Shown: piece by piece, positions 10,068-20,515 of the stretch
Layout of the letters: every line of letters starts with the position of its first letter
Numbering within the stretch: position 1 is the first letter of the stretch
From: Armatimonadota bacterium
Lineage (GTDB): Bacteria > Armatimonadota > SYMT01
Length of the DNA stretch: 64,000 bases
Direction of reading: 5' to 3'
Assembly: GCA_041690135.1 (NCBI GenBank)
Contig: JAWLHY010000012.1
Span: 160,001 to 224,000, forward strand
The notes under the pieces: generated by a model
What the model was told of the DNA's origin: nothing
Databases searched by the model: none
The model's input: only the letters and a program-made list of their open reading frames with translations
Made by a program: the position numbers and the translations under genes

Positions 10068-13000
10068 ATGAAGGCGCCAGCCAGGCCGAAAGTACCAGCG
10101 CCTGCGGGTGGCACCCTCCTAGCGTGGCAACGGCAAGTGGCGGAACTGAACCGCGAGATCCAACAGATCAAGCAGTGGCAACAGCAGCCCGGCACGGTCT
10201 ACGGCACCGCCCAGCGAATGATTGAAGCGCGGATCACCCGCATGAGCCTGCTGAAGCAGCGGATCGAGGAAGCGAAGCGCGGGGTTCGCACGCCGCCCAC
10301 CCATCCCCAATCGGTGGAGCGGCGGAGCGCGCAGGCAAAGCAAGCCATGGCGCGGTCCGCGGCCCACCGGCGCGCAAAGAATGCTTTCAACGCCACGGTG
10401 CCGATCGACCTGATCCGCCTGGAAGCGGAGCGGGAGAGCCCTCTGACCCAGCAGGTCGCGAGTGGTCTGGCGGGAGTGGTGGGTGCGGACCCCTACCAGG
10501 ACGAGTCGCGGGCCATTCTCCGCAAGCGGCAGCAGAAGGGCACGGCGCCGACCCTACGAGTCCAGCCCGCAGAGGTGGGCCAGATCCAGGCCCTGCGGCC
10601 CTATGTGGAGGACTTCCTGAACGCCACGCGCCGGGATTACCACACGCTGCGGAAGCAGGGGATCACGCCGCTTTCCGTGGACCGGCTGCGCGCGTATCTC
10701 CAGCAGGAATATGCGGGTCGCCGGAAGCTGACGGCGGCGCAGGAACGGGCGTTGCCGGGCATCCTCGCCGGGCTGCAAGTGCGGTGGGACGAGCGGGTGC
10801 GCGGCGCCAAGCGCGTAGGCGCCCGCCTGGCGGAGAATGCCGTCGGCGTGGCGACCGGCGGAGCGGGCCTCTTGCCGCGCGCGGCGGCGGCGGCCAGCGC
10901 GGGGATCGTCGCGCAGGCGTTCGTCGATACGAACCATCCGGAACTGACCGCGGCGGAACGGCTCCAGTCGGCCGGCACGGCGGGTCTGTTTTCGGCCGGT
11001 GCGGAGGGTCTCGGCGCCGCGTGGCAGGCAGCGCGCAAGGTGAAGAGCCCCACGGTCTCCCCGGGACCGGTATCGCCGCACCCGGTACCCGGGGCGCCAC
11101 ACTCCGCAAAGCCGGGGCCCGCCGGAGGGCCGTTCGCGGAAGCGAAGCCGGGGAACTCCCTTCCGGCAAAGGCTCCCTCTCCCGGCCCGGCTCCCCGGCC
11201 CCGCCCGGGAACGCGCGTGACGGTGAAGACGCCCCGCGGCGCCCGGATTACCGGGGAGGTCACCCGCTCCTCGCCGGACGGTCGGACGGTGTACGTGCGG
11301 AACTCCGCCACGGGTAAGGAGGTGCCGGCCAGGGTACCGCCAAAAGGCGCACCAGGCGTGCCCCAGAAGGGCGCGCCCGCGACACCCTCGAAAGCCCCTG
11401 CGAATCCGAAGCAGCCGGCGGTAGGCGGTCCCCAGCCTACTCCGGCACCGCAGCAGGCGTCTCCGGCCGCGAAGCCACCGTACCCGCCGGTGCCCGCGCG
11501 CCCCGCGGAACCCCCGGCCGTTACCGGATGGTCGGAGCCTACTCCCGCTTCGCAGGGAACCTTGACCACGGCGCAGCATGGGGGACACCCCGGCGACGAA
11601 CGCCCGCCTGGCAAAGCAGACGGCGAACGACGTGGCCGGGGCCGCCCCGGCTCCCCGCAGCCGGCCGGAGGGGGCACCGGGTAACCGCAGTGCTCCGGCG
11701 TCACCGGGCGCCACCGGCAACCGGAAACCGGGTACCGCACCGGACGCGACGGGCAACCCGAAACCCGCTACCGCACCGGACCCGGTGGAAGCACGGTCGG
11801 GCCAGCGCGGCGATACACCCCCCGCGGTGCCGGAGGCGCCGGTGACCCGGGGAGGCCCGGAACCGGAAGGGGTCCCGGCGAAAGCGACCGGATCTCGTCG
11901 GCGCCGTCCGGTGGAAGGGATGCACGACTCCGCCCTGACGGGAACGGCGGCCACCGCCACGACGCGCGCCGCCGCGCGCGCCACCGGGCGGACGGCACCG
12001 GGAATCCCCACCGGCACGCCCGTGGCCACCCCTACGGGCGGGAGCATGGCCTCCCCCGGCGGGCCACCTTCCCCCGGCGGAACACCCCCCACGGGGGGAC
12101 CGCCCCGCGGCGCGCCACCCGGTGCCCCCGGACAACCGCAACCGAGAACCACTACCGCCCCCGCGCAGCAGCCGGGGGCGGTCGGCGTTTCTGGCTCCGC
12201 GGGAGGGAGCAAAACCCCCACGTCCCAGAGCCAGGGAAGGCCTCCGGGACTCACCCCGGGTGGCCCCCCATCGGGGCCGCTTCGCCAGGCGGAGGTCGAG
12301 GAGGACATCCGCGACGTACTGGCGCGGCTCCGGAGCGGCGGCCGGAAAAGCAACGAGAACGGCGCCTTCACCCGCGCGGGGGATGAGCAGCGGCTGAGAG
12401 ACCTCCGGCAGGAGCGGCAGGACCTGGTGCGCGGCCGGGGCGGGCGGTACCGGGTGGGGGAGCCGGTGGTCGGCACCCGGCACAACGGGACAAGGGAGGC
12501 GCTGGTCTACGACGGGATGGCCAGCGACACGCACGCCTACGTGAGAGACCCCAGGACGGGACGGCGGCGTTCGGGAACGGTGCCGGTCGAGCGCCTGCGG
12601 ATACCAGCACCCGGTGTCCCCAACAGCCGTCGTGCAAAGCTTCATGCCCACTTGGATGCAGCGGAAGCCGCCGCCCGGCAGAAGTTGAGTGCGCTCCGGG
12701 CTTCGCGCCGGGGCGGGAAACTCGCTGCCGGGCTTGGCGGCTTTAGTGACCTGCTGGAGGAAGCACCGCACTGGATCGAGATCGGCGCGGTGCAGATGGC
12801 ACGTGGACTGCTCGAGTTCGACGCCTGGTCGCGCCGGATGCTGGAGGAGTTGGGGGACGAACTGCGGGCCACGGGGCGGAACGTGGATGAATTACTCCGG
12901 GAGATCTGGGGTCTCTCACGAAGAGTACATGGTGAAGAAACACATAGCCGTGGCAAACAAACGTCCGATCTGATTCTAGGGAAGAAGAGCCTCGCGTTCA

Positions 13001-13526
13001 CGCCCGCCGAAAGGGAATTAAAGCCGCTTCACTGAAGCCTAAGAGCAAGAAGGGTGCTGCCAACTACCTCAAAGCCGCGGAGGAGCGTGAGTATCCAGAT
13101 AGCGCTGCCTTCCCTTGGGGAGAGGGTGATTTTAAGGTGTGGTTCGACAGTGCGAATATGGAAACTTTCGTGGCGGCATGGACTGATAAGACCGTTAGAC
13201 TAGCTATCGAACGGCGGATCCGCCACCCCGGAGGTCTCCACGAATGGTTGATGACCGCACGGGCAGACAAATTCAAGGAGTGGGGTATGTCTATTGCGCT
13301 GATTCATGAGCTACGTACCCGCATAGTAGATGTGGAGTGGGTTAATCCATCTGGGCGCCACGGTGGAAAGGGTTCGGGGCGAGCTCACAGGGAAATCTTA
13401 AAGCTGATCGACGCCAGTGCGACCTATGGCGAGTATGTAGTTGCTTTGAACAAGTGGGCCGACAGTCGCCTTAAGGGTGGTCGGACTGCATTGCCTGATG
13501 GACTTCAGATTGTGGAGGGGAGATGA
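10068..13526 (+). pseudogene. Polymorphic giant protein A, broken into three frames (10068-11684, 11578-13035, ~12948-13526); His-rich putative nuclease-type toxin tip
   Basis: N-part is paralogous to D (RMIEARITRMSLLKQRIEEA / AGVVGADP). Carries the shared linker and shared domain. Tip reads RHPGGLHEWL...GRHGGKGSGRAHREIL...LPDGL. Confidence 0.7.
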
Positions 13527-14203
13527 CGGAGAGTAAGCTATACGAATTCTGGCAATCCGTTGTGGGCGTAGACGAAGATGAGAGTTGGTCTGAACCAGCC
13601 GACTTGGTCTTCCTTTTCCAGAATTTTCGTCCCCATGGTCAAGGAGTAGAGAGGATTCTCAATGGTTTTTGGGGAGCGAGGCAAATGCTTCCGCGATTGC
13701 TGGAAGTATACAAAGCCACTGCCTCAGGATGGGATGCGCGTCCAGTTGCATTTGATTACTTCCTAGTGACTGAACCTACGCACATCGATGACTCCCGCGT
13801 AGAGGAGTTAATCAGGAGCTACCTGGACAAGATGAAGCGTATGGCCGAAGAGATCAACTACAGGCAGACTGCGTCGAATCTATCGGTTGTTGAGCGAGTG
13901 CAGATCGTCCGGGCGCAAGATGCACCCCACTCATTGGATTTGAGCAGAACCGAGGACTTGCTTTATGCAATGCAGAGTGACTTTTTCAGCTTGACGCCGA
14001 GCCAACCCAGTGAACTGTGGTTGCTGGAACCCGCGTTGTATTCGATGGCCAATGATAACCCGCTTACGTACCATCTGCTCTGGCCCTTGAAGGCGAAAGG
14101 CAGTAGTGTAGAAGAACCGTTTCTACCCTACTTCGAACTTTGGAAACATGCAGTAACCCTCAGGTTGGATGCTGATCGGGCAACCGCTTATATTCCGGCA
14201 TGA
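13523..14203 (+). CDS. Putative immunity protein for tip A
   Basis: ATGA-coupled to the tip ORF, lower GC than its surroundings, 226 aa, no recognised motif. Confidence 0.6.
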   Translation: MTESKLYEFWQSVVGVDEDESWSEPADLVFLFQNFRPHGQGVERILNGFWGARQMLPRLLEVYKATASGWDARPVAFDYFLVTEPTHIDDSRVEELIRSYLDKMKRMAEEINYRQTASNLSVVERVQIVRAQDAPHSLDLSRTEDLLYAMQSDFFSLTPSQPSELWLLEPALYSMANDNPLTYHLLWPLKAKGSSVEEPFLPYFELWKHAVTLRLDADRATAYIPA

Positions 14204-14259
14204 CGAACACAAGCATGGAGGGTGCCGAAACAAGTAGCCGGATCCATTTCTGGATGAGG

Positions 14260-14475
14260 TCGTGGGTCGGGCTGTCGGCACCCGCACTGGGACAACCGCG
14301 GCCACGACACTGGCCGGAAGCGTCGGCTCACCCGCCGGGGGAGCCCCGGCAGGCGGAGCACCCCCCACGGGGGGACCGCCCCGCGACGCGCCGCCCGGTG
14401 ACTCCGGACAACCGCAACCGAGAACTACCACCGCCCCCGCGCAACAGCCGGGGGCGGTCAGCGTTTCTGGGTCCG
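14260..14475 (+). repeat. Orphan linker remnant with hairpin (GGAPPTGGPPR...[11 protein letters not shown])
   Basis: DNA similar to 12040-12195, 55880-55990 and 58520-58660. Confidence 0.85.
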
Positions 14476-14502
14476 GCTCGGGGGCGTCGACGGCCGGGAG
14501 GA

Positions 14503-14588
14503 AGCGGGTTGGGCAGAAATTGCCCAGAAAGGGGCCTCTCGATGGCTAATTTCGCGCTGGTCGGACTATCTACCCATCGGGAGGACCG
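14503..14588 (+). promoter_or_regulatory. Leader element copy 2, 5' half (palindrome, promoter-like segment, RBS)
   Basis: Near-identical to 9270-9355. Confidence 0.8.
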
Positions 14589-14592
14589 ACCG

Positions 14593-15015
14593 GTGAACAG
14601 TGATTTCGAAACCCAACTGTCCGAATACTGCCGCGAGGCCCGGCTGACAGCCGTACAGACGGAGATCGTGGAGCTCTACCTGATCCTGGAGATGCCGCCA
14701 GCGCAGATCCGCTTGAAGACGGGGCTGAAACGGGTGAGCCAGGTGCAGGCGGAACTCGCCAAAGCGCTCCGGAGGCTGCAAGCCGTGGCGCCCGGCTTCT
14801 GGGAAGAGGGGAACGCCTTCCCCCGGCACCTGCTGGCGGCGGTGCGCAACCGTCCCGAACGCGACGAGCGGCCGCGGGACGTACGGGGCGTGACCCCGGA
14901 CCGGGAGGCGGAGCGGGCGCCGCGGGTGCGGATGGTGACCGCGGGCGACCGGCGCCTCCGGCAGGACCTCCGCAGCGCGGCCCGGTTGTGGGCGCGGTCG
15001 CGGAGTGGTGCATAG
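14593..15015 (+). CDS. Sigma70 region-4-like HTH protein; candidate late activator/antiterminator
   Basis: GGAGG RBS before GTG; LTAVQTEIVELY......PAQI....GL..VSQV...L.KALRRL resembles the sigma-4 HTH; located directly before the lysis/packaging genes. Confidence 0.55.
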   Translation: MNSDFETQLSEYCREARLTAVQTEIVELYLILEMPPAQIRLKTGLKRVSQVQAELAKALRRLQAVAPGFWEEGNAFPRHLLAAVRNRPERDERPRDVRGVTPDREAERAPRVRMVTAGDRRLRQDLRSAARLWARSRSGA

Positions 15016-15222
15016 GGACTACCAAGACACGAGTGCTTCAGTTGGGCGAGTAAACTCACGCCTACAAACAGCGACTGCCCACACCCACTCCGTGGGTGCC
15101 CGGCGCCCGCCTCCGTCGGCTGGAAACAACAATGCAGTTGTTTGCTGCCAAATCCTCAGGTTCCGCAGTCACACAACGCTTGATCGGGGTGTCCACTGCG
15201 CTCCGGGCGGCGCACTCATTAA

Positions 15223-15315
15223 CATCACTCCCTGAATTACGGCAGGGTCAGGGCTTTGTACCGCTGGTGAGACGGCGCGCTCACCGGACCGTGATACCGC
15301 AGCGGGTATTTCTTT
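15223..15315 (+). ncRNA. Leader element copy 2, 3' half (candidate pseudoknotted RNA)
   Basis: Matches 9356-9445 and 34951-35045, with base-pair-preserving changes. Confidence 0.55.
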
Positions 15316-15337
15316 GCCTACCGGAAAGGGGGTGGGG

Positions 15338-15619
15338 GTGGACTTCAAGGAGGTGCTGATGGGCGTGCAGCTCGTCGTGTCGCTCCTCACGCTGCTGGCC
15401 CTGATCTTCGGCGCGGGCCGCTTTACGAGCCGCATCGAGGAAGGGCTGGTGGGCGTGCGCGATGACCTGAGCGAGCACACGCAACGGGAAGAGAAGCGGT
15501 TCGACGAGATCCGCGGCAAGCTCCACACGCAGGCGGACCGGCTGCAGGAGCTGACTACGACGCAGGCGACACAACACACACGGCTGGCCCACCTGGAACA
15601 GGGCGGCAGCCGGCGCTGA
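15338..15619 (+). CDS. Holin-like small membrane protein (N-terminal TM helix + coiled coil)
   Basis: Hydrophobic stretch VLMGVQLVVSLLTLLALIFGAG; upstream of the endolysin. Confidence 0.55.
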   Translation: MDFKEVLMGVQLVVSLLTLLALIFGAGRFTSRIEEGLVGVRDDLSEHTQREEKRFDEIRGKLHTQADRLQELTTTQATQHTRLAHLEQGGSRR

Positions 15620-15644
15620 CCACGGAACAACGAAAGGATGGTGG

Positions 15645-15890
15645 ATGATGGACCTCTCTAATTGGGTGCTGGCCCTGCTCGCGCTCTCCCCGAAGACGAA
15701 GGGATTGGCGAAAGCGCTCCGGTGGCTGGAAGCCAGCATGGAGGAAGACGAGAAGCTGCGGGCACTGGCGCCGGGCGAACAGACGGTGCTGGAGCTGCCC
15801 GATGCCCTGGACCCGAAGCTCCGCTCCCGAGGCGGAAAGCGGTTTTCGGTCGACGCGGTGGTCGTAAAACGGCTGGGAGAAGAGCGATGA
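15645..15890 (+). CDS. Hypothetical protein in lysis cluster
   Basis: RBS present; ATGA overlap with the endolysin gene. Confidence 0.55.
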   Translation: MMDLSNWVLALLALSPKTKGLAKALRWLEASMEEDEKLRALAPGEQTVLELPDALDPKLRSRGGKRFSVDAVVVKRLGEER

Positions 15891-16597
15891 GCGACTTCGA
15901 ACGAGCGATGGCCTTCGTGCTACGGCACGAAGGCGGCTACGTCCGCGACCCTGACGACCCGGGCGGCGAGACGAACCAGGGGGTTACGCGGCGGGTGTAC
16001 GACACGTATCGCCTGGCCCAGGGGCTGGTGACCCGCTCCGTGCGGCTGATCAACCCCGAAGAGGTGCGGGAGATCTACCGGACCCGCTACTGGCAACCCG
16101 CACACTGCGAGGGCATGACCTGGCCGCTGAACGCCGCGGTGTTCGACGCGGCGGTGAACACGGGAGTCCGCCAGGGCCGGAAGCTGCTGCAGCGAGCGCT
16201 GGAGGTGACGGACGACGGCCAGTGGGGACCGGAGACGGCCGCGGCCGTGCAGAAGGCGGCGCCGAAGGAGACGGCGCTCCGGATGGGCCGGGAGCGGATT
16301 GAGTTCTACCATCGCCTGGCGGAGGAACGACCGGCCCTCTCCAAGTTCCTGCGCGGCTGGGTGCACCGGGTCAACGCCTTGAGCGGGCTGATCGAAGAAC
16401 GGCCGGAGGAGACGCCGGTGACGGTGCTGGTGGACGGCCGCGAGCTTACCGGGGTGGCGACGCTGACGGAGCAGGGGGTCACGGTGCTGCTGCGGCCGGT
16501 GGCGGAGGCGCTGGGGGCGCGGGTGCACTGGGATGGGAGGACGAGGACCGTTAGGGTCGCTTCCGCGACGGATCAGGCGGTGGGCAGTAGGCAGTAG
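15887..16597 (+). CDS. Glycoside hydrolase family 108 endolysin with PG-binding domain and copper-amine-oxidase-N-like tail
   Basis: LRHEGGYVRDPDDPGGETNQGVT, FDAAVNTG, KFLRGWVHR; C-terminal LRPVAEALGARVHWDG. Confidence 0.9.
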   Translation: MSDFERAMAFVLRHEGGYVRDPDDPGGETNQGVTRRVYDTYRLAQGLVTRSVRLINPEEVREIYRTRYWQPAHCEGMTWPLNAAVFDAAVNTGVRQGRKLLQRALEVTDDGQWGPETAAAVQKAAPKETALRMGRERIEFYHRLAEERPALSKFLRGWVHRVNALSGLIEERPEETPVTVLVDGRELTGVATLTEQGVTVLLRPVAEALGARVHWDGRTRTVRVASATDQAVGSRQ

Positions 16598-16716
16598 GCA
16601 GTGGAGGGCCTTCGGCCGATTGGATGAGGATTAGGATGAGGATCGGCCTGCGGCCTCTGGAAGGCAGTGGGTAGTGGAGGGATGGAGGGGTGAGGGGTGG
16701 GTGGAGAGGCGGGTGG

Positions 16717-16780
16717 GAGTAGGAGTAAGAGTAAGAGTAAGAGTAGGAGTAAGAGTAAGAGTAAGAGTAAGAGTAAGAGT
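16717..16780. repeat. (GAGTAR)n hexamer microsatellite, ~10 units
   Basis: Read directly. Confidence 0.95.
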
Positions 16781-16850
16781 GGGGATAGGTAGAGTATGAG
16801 TGGGGATAGGCAGAGTATGAGTGGCTCCGGGATGGGGGAGGTGTGGGAGG

Positions 16851-17450
16851 ATGATGATGGAGAGGGATGAAGATCGACCGGGGGAGGGGCGCGGGGGGCA
16901 GGAGGTGGTTGGTGCGGCTGGGCCGCGGGTGCGGGAGTCGCTGGATGCGCTGGAGCAACTGCTGAAGGGCCTGGAGCGGGTGAACCTGCTGATGGATGCC
17001 TGCGACGCGTGGCTGCGGGATGCCGAAGACCCGTCGCGCTACCACCTGGGGCCGCGCGCGTCGGAGATCGAGGTGCTTTATGAAGTGGAGCTGCCGGCGA
17101 AGGACGGAGCCCGGGCGCGGACGGAGAAGCGGCGCAGGAAACTCTCGGAGCTGCTCGCACTGATGAAGACGCTGGACGAGGGCGACGGGAGCGTGGTGTA
17201 CACCGAGGTGAAAGAGACCCGGTATGCCGATCCGCGCGACCTGGTGCTGAAGACCTCCGTGGAGGCCCGGCAGATCGTGTCGCTGGCGGTGGACCTATCG
17301 CGCAGCCTGGCGGACGTACGCGCCATGGAAACGCTGCGTGACGCCATGCTGGCGGAGTGGGCGAGGATGGCTCCGGAAGCGGCGGAGCGGATTGCGGAGG
17401 CGGTGCGCCGGGTGGCGATGGTCCACCGAAACGGGACCAGCACCGCCTGA
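16851..17450 (+). CDS. Hypothetical protein, possible terminase small subunit
   Basis: Helical-looking ~200 aa ORF with RBS, immediately upstream of TerL. Confidence 0.5.
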   Translation: MMMERDEDRPGEGRGGQEVVGAAGPRVRESLDALEQLLKGLERVNLLMDACDAWLRDAEDPSRYHLGPRASEIEVLYEVELPAKDGARARTEKRRRKLSELLALMKTLDEGDGSVVYTEVKETRYADPRDLVLKTSVEARQIVSLAVDLSRSLADVRAMETLRDAMLAEWARMAPEAAERIAEAVRRVAMVHRNGTSTA

Positions 17451-17467
17451 ACAGGAGGGACGGATCA

Positions 17468-18259
17468 ATGGCTACCGGATCGCGGGCACGTTTCGACGTG
17501 CCCGCTTTTGTTTCGGACCTGCTGCCGAGGATGAAGCCGTACCTGCCTCCGGAGCCGGAGCAGGCGCCGAACCCCTACAAATCGAGCTTCCTCCTGTTCC
17601 TGCGCGATTGCGTGTGGACCGTGGACGAGGCGCGAGGCGGCGAGGTACGGCGCTGGCCCTGGGGGGTGGGCAAAGACGGAAAGAGCTGGGAGGAGTACTG
17701 GAATGACTGGGACGTGGCACTGCACAAGTATCCTCGCCTGTTTGTCGACAAGACGCGCCGCACGATGGCGTCGAATGTGGTGGTGGCGTGGGACCTCTGG
17801 CTGCTGGCCGGGGGGACGGACGGGAAGGCTCGCTGGCCGGAACTGGCCGGGAACGATGGCAACCGCTCGGTCCTGATCCAGAGCAAGAAGCTGGAGGGAG
17901 AGACCGGCAGCCAGGCGTTCATCGCGAAGATCAAGCGGATGTGCCAGCACTTTGAAGATCGCGGCGGCCGGGAGCTGTGGCCGGACTTTCCCGAATGGGA
18001 GATCGGCCTGACCAAGGGGCACTTCAGCAACGGGAGCCGGGTGGAGGCGGTGGCGCAGGGCGGCGACCAGGTGCGGGGGCCCGGCTCCACCCACATCCAC
18101 ATCGAGGAAGCCGGGTTCATGGACCAGGTCCAGGAGAGCATCGAGACGGCGATCCCGGCGCTGGCGGGCGGGGGGCACATCACCGTGGTGACGACGCCGA
18201 ACGCCAACGCGACCTACCTGAAACGGCTGCGGGCCGGGGAACTGGGGGCGAGAAGATAA
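17468..18259 (+). CDS. Terminase large subunit, ATPase half
   Basis: Walker A-like DKTRRTMAS, Walker B HIHIEEAGFM, coupling motif VVTTPN. Confidence 0.8.
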   Translation: MATGSRARFDVPAFVSDLLPRMKPYLPPEPEQAPNPYKSSFLLFLRDCVWTVDEARGGEVRRWPWGVGKDGKSWEEYWNDWDVALHKYPRLFVDKTRRTMASNVVVAWDLWLLAGGTDGKARWPELAGNDGNRSVLIQSKKLEGETGSQAFIAKIKRMCQHFEDRGGRELWPDFPEWEIGLTKGHFSNGSRVEAVAQGGDQVRGPGSTHIHIEEAGFMDQVQESIETAIPALAGGGHITVVTTPNANATYLKRLRAGELGARR

Positions 18260-18260
18260 G

Positions 18261-19217
18261 ATGCTGCGGATGTTGGACACGCCGGATGAGTGGGGGATCC
18301 TGGAGATCCGCGGGATGGAGCACACGCCGGAATACGACCCGGACGTGATCGGCGCGGGGATGAGCGTGCAGACGTACCGGCGGGAAGTGCTGGGGGACTG
18401 GAGCGCCACCACCGGGAAGGTGGTGTACCCCGAGTTCGGGGCGATCCACAAGGCGCTGGACCCCCTGCCGTTCGATCCGGGCCGTCCGCTGGTGTGCGGC
18501 TGGGATTTCGGCGGATCTCCCACCAGCGGGACCCCCGCCTTCGTACCGACCCAGCTCAACGCGCGGAGGCAGTGGCTGGTCTACCCGCCCCTGGTGCCCG
18601 GCGAGCAGGAGACGGTGGGGATCTATGAGTTCACCCAGTGGGTGGCCCAGTACCTGGCCGAGGAGTTCGCCGCCCCGGCCGGCCTCGCGCTGCCGGAGCT
18701 GAAGCTGGTCCACATCGGCGACCCCGCGGGTGACTACCACCCGCCCCGTACCCAGGGCATGACGAGTAGCCGCCTGGAGATGCGGAGCTGCTATCAGATC
18801 ATCGAGCGCGGGCTGCAGGTGGTGGTCGGGCACACGGAGTTTGGCCAGCCGATCGTGGAGGAGAAACCGGGCTTCGGCTGGCGCGTGAAGCGCGGCGAGG
18901 TGACCCTGGCGAAGCGGATGGAAGCGCTGCGCTCGCGGTTGACGATGCTGGTGGACGGCGGTCTGCCGGCGCTGGTGGTGGACCCGGCGGCCAAGATGAT
19001 CATCGACGGGTTCGAGGGCGGCTATCACTACCCGCAGCGCCAGGATGGGCGGTACGAGCTGGACCCGGCGAAAAACCACTTCTCCCACCCGATGAACGCC
19101 CTGGAGTACGCGGCGAGCCGGTTGGGGACGGCCTTCGCGCCGGAGCCGGACGACGAGGGGCCGGCCCGGGGCCGGGAGTTCACGACGCGGACGCCGGGGA
19201 GGCGGAGACCGGATTAG
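18261..19217 (+). CDS. Terminase large subunit, RNase-H-like nuclease half
   Basis: CGWDFG, IGDPAG, KN..SHPMNALEY motifs. Confidence 0.8.
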   Translation: MLRMLDTPDEWGILEIRGMEHTPEYDPDVIGAGMSVQTYRREVLGDWSATTGKVVYPEFGAIHKALDPLPFDPGRPLVCGWDFGGSPTSGTPAFVPTQLNARRQWLVYPPLVPGEQETVGIYEFTQWVAQYLAEEFAAPAGLALPELKLVHIGDPAGDYHPPRTQGMTSSRLEMRSCYQIIERGLQVVVGHTEFGQPIVEEKPGFGWRVKRGEVTLAKRMEALRSRLTMLVDGGLPALVVDPAAKMIIDGFEGGYHYPQRQDGRYELDPAKNHFSHPMNALEYAASRLGTAFAPEPDDEGPARGREFTTRTPGRRRPD

Positions 19218-19536
19218 GACCATGATAACGATAAGGATAAGGAGAGGGATGGCAGAACCAGATCTCTTCTTATCGGGGCGGGGTGCGTGCTTCTGCGCTT
19301 TCGGCCCCCTACCCCGGCTATGCCGATTAGGATGAAGATGAAGATTAGGATAGGGAGAACGCACTTCGGCTGTCACGGCTTCTTCTCTGGACTCCAAGTG
19401 CGTGCTTCCGCGCTTTCGGCTCTCCCCCCAATCCAAGGGAAGTGCGAGTTCGGGACTGGTGCAGCTGGTGAGGCCGAGCTGATGTGAGGATTGACTCCGG
19501 TCAGGATTGAGATCACGAGATGACGCTGGTAGGTGC

Positions 19537-19568
19537 GGGCGACCTGTGGGGTCGCCCTTTTCTTTTTT
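19537..19568 (+). terminator. Intrinsic terminator
   Basis: gggcgacc-loop-ggtcgccc followed by a T-tract. Confidence 0.75.
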
Positions 19569-19582
19569 CTGGGGAGGGCGGG

Positions 19583-20515
19583 ATGAGACAACGGTTGTTG
19601 GGGACAGTCCGGGAAAGCAACGGGCTGGAAGGTAGCGACGGCCTGGCGGGGTGGTACCAGCCGGTGGGGTCGTATTACCTGGTCCGGTTCCTCGAAGCGG
19701 AGACGGAGAGCGCGGGGGGCATTGCGCTGCCGGAGACGGCGCTGCCGGACGTGCAGAGCGCGCTGGTGCTGGCACACGGTTCCGGTCCGGTGCTGGCGAA
19801 CGGGCGGCGGTACCCGATGCAGGGCGCCGTGGGGGACGTGGTGGTGAGCCAGTCGTTCCGGTTCGAACGGATGGACGGGCAGGCGTTTCTCGCGGATGAG
19901 AGCCTGGTGGCGCTCCAACGGTGGGATGGCGAGGGGCATGGGGCGCTGCAGGCCGCGGGGGACTGGGTGCTGGTGCGGCCGGATGGAGCGAAGCAGGTGG
20001 ATGCGGAGACGCGCGCGACGGTGCAGGCGCGGGAGAGCGGCGTGCTGGTGGCCTGCGCGAGCGTGGGCGGCGGGCACCTGCGGGAGCAGCAGCGCGGCGA
20101 CGAGATCGTCCGGGAACTGGAGGCGCTGGTCCGGACCGAGGCGTTCCGGCAGCAGCCGAGCGAGTTCTATCGCCACCGCATGATCCACGACTACCTGGAC
20201 GGCCTGTGCCAGTGGGAACTGCAGGCGCTGGGGACGGCCCTGAAGCGGAAGGGCGAGACAAACTGGCGCCACTACGTGCCGCCGCGGCCCCTGGCCCGTG
20301 CGAGTGCGGGCGTGGTGGTGAGCGTGGGGCCGGGCCGGGTGCTGCGAGACGGCACCCGCCGACCACCGGGGGTGCGGCCGGGTGACCGGGTGCATTTCGA
20401 TCGGCAGTTCCAGGCGGTGGCGCTGTTGTCGGAAGGGGACAGTCTCTGGGCCGTGCGGGAGCAGTTCCTGGCGGCCGTCGAGGTGACGGAGGAGAAGACG
20501 AATGCAGGGTCCTGA
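19583..20515 (+). CDS. Tandem double GroES/Cpn10-like co-chaperonin
   Basis: Domain 1: QPVGSYYLVR..EAETESAGGIALP...VLAHGSG...GDVV. Domain 2: LQAAGDWVLVRP...GVVVSVGPGR...VRPGDRVHF. Confidence 0.85.
   Translation: MRQRLLGTVRESNGLEGSDGLAGWYQPVGSYYLVRFLEAETESAGGIALPETALPDVQSALVLAHGSGPVLANGRRYPMQGAVGDVVVSQSFRFERMDGQAFLADESLVALQRWDGEGHGALQAAGDWVLVRPDGAKQVDAETRATVQARESGVLVACASVGGGHLREQQRGDEIVRELEALVRTEAFRQQPSEFYRHRMIHDYLDGLCQWELQALGTALKRKGETNWRHYVPPRPLARASAGVVVSVGPGRVLRDGTRRPPGVRPGDRVHFDRQFQAVALLSEGDSLWAVREQFLAAVEVTEEKTNAGS

Noticed and set aside
11560-13035. Programmed ribosomal frameshifts in paralog A
   Set aside because: No convincing slippery heptamer seen; decay or sequencing error is simpler.
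16551-17160. Minus-strand ORFs with poly-Leu and (SY)n runs
   Set aside because: Artefacts of translating the GAGTAR microsatellite.
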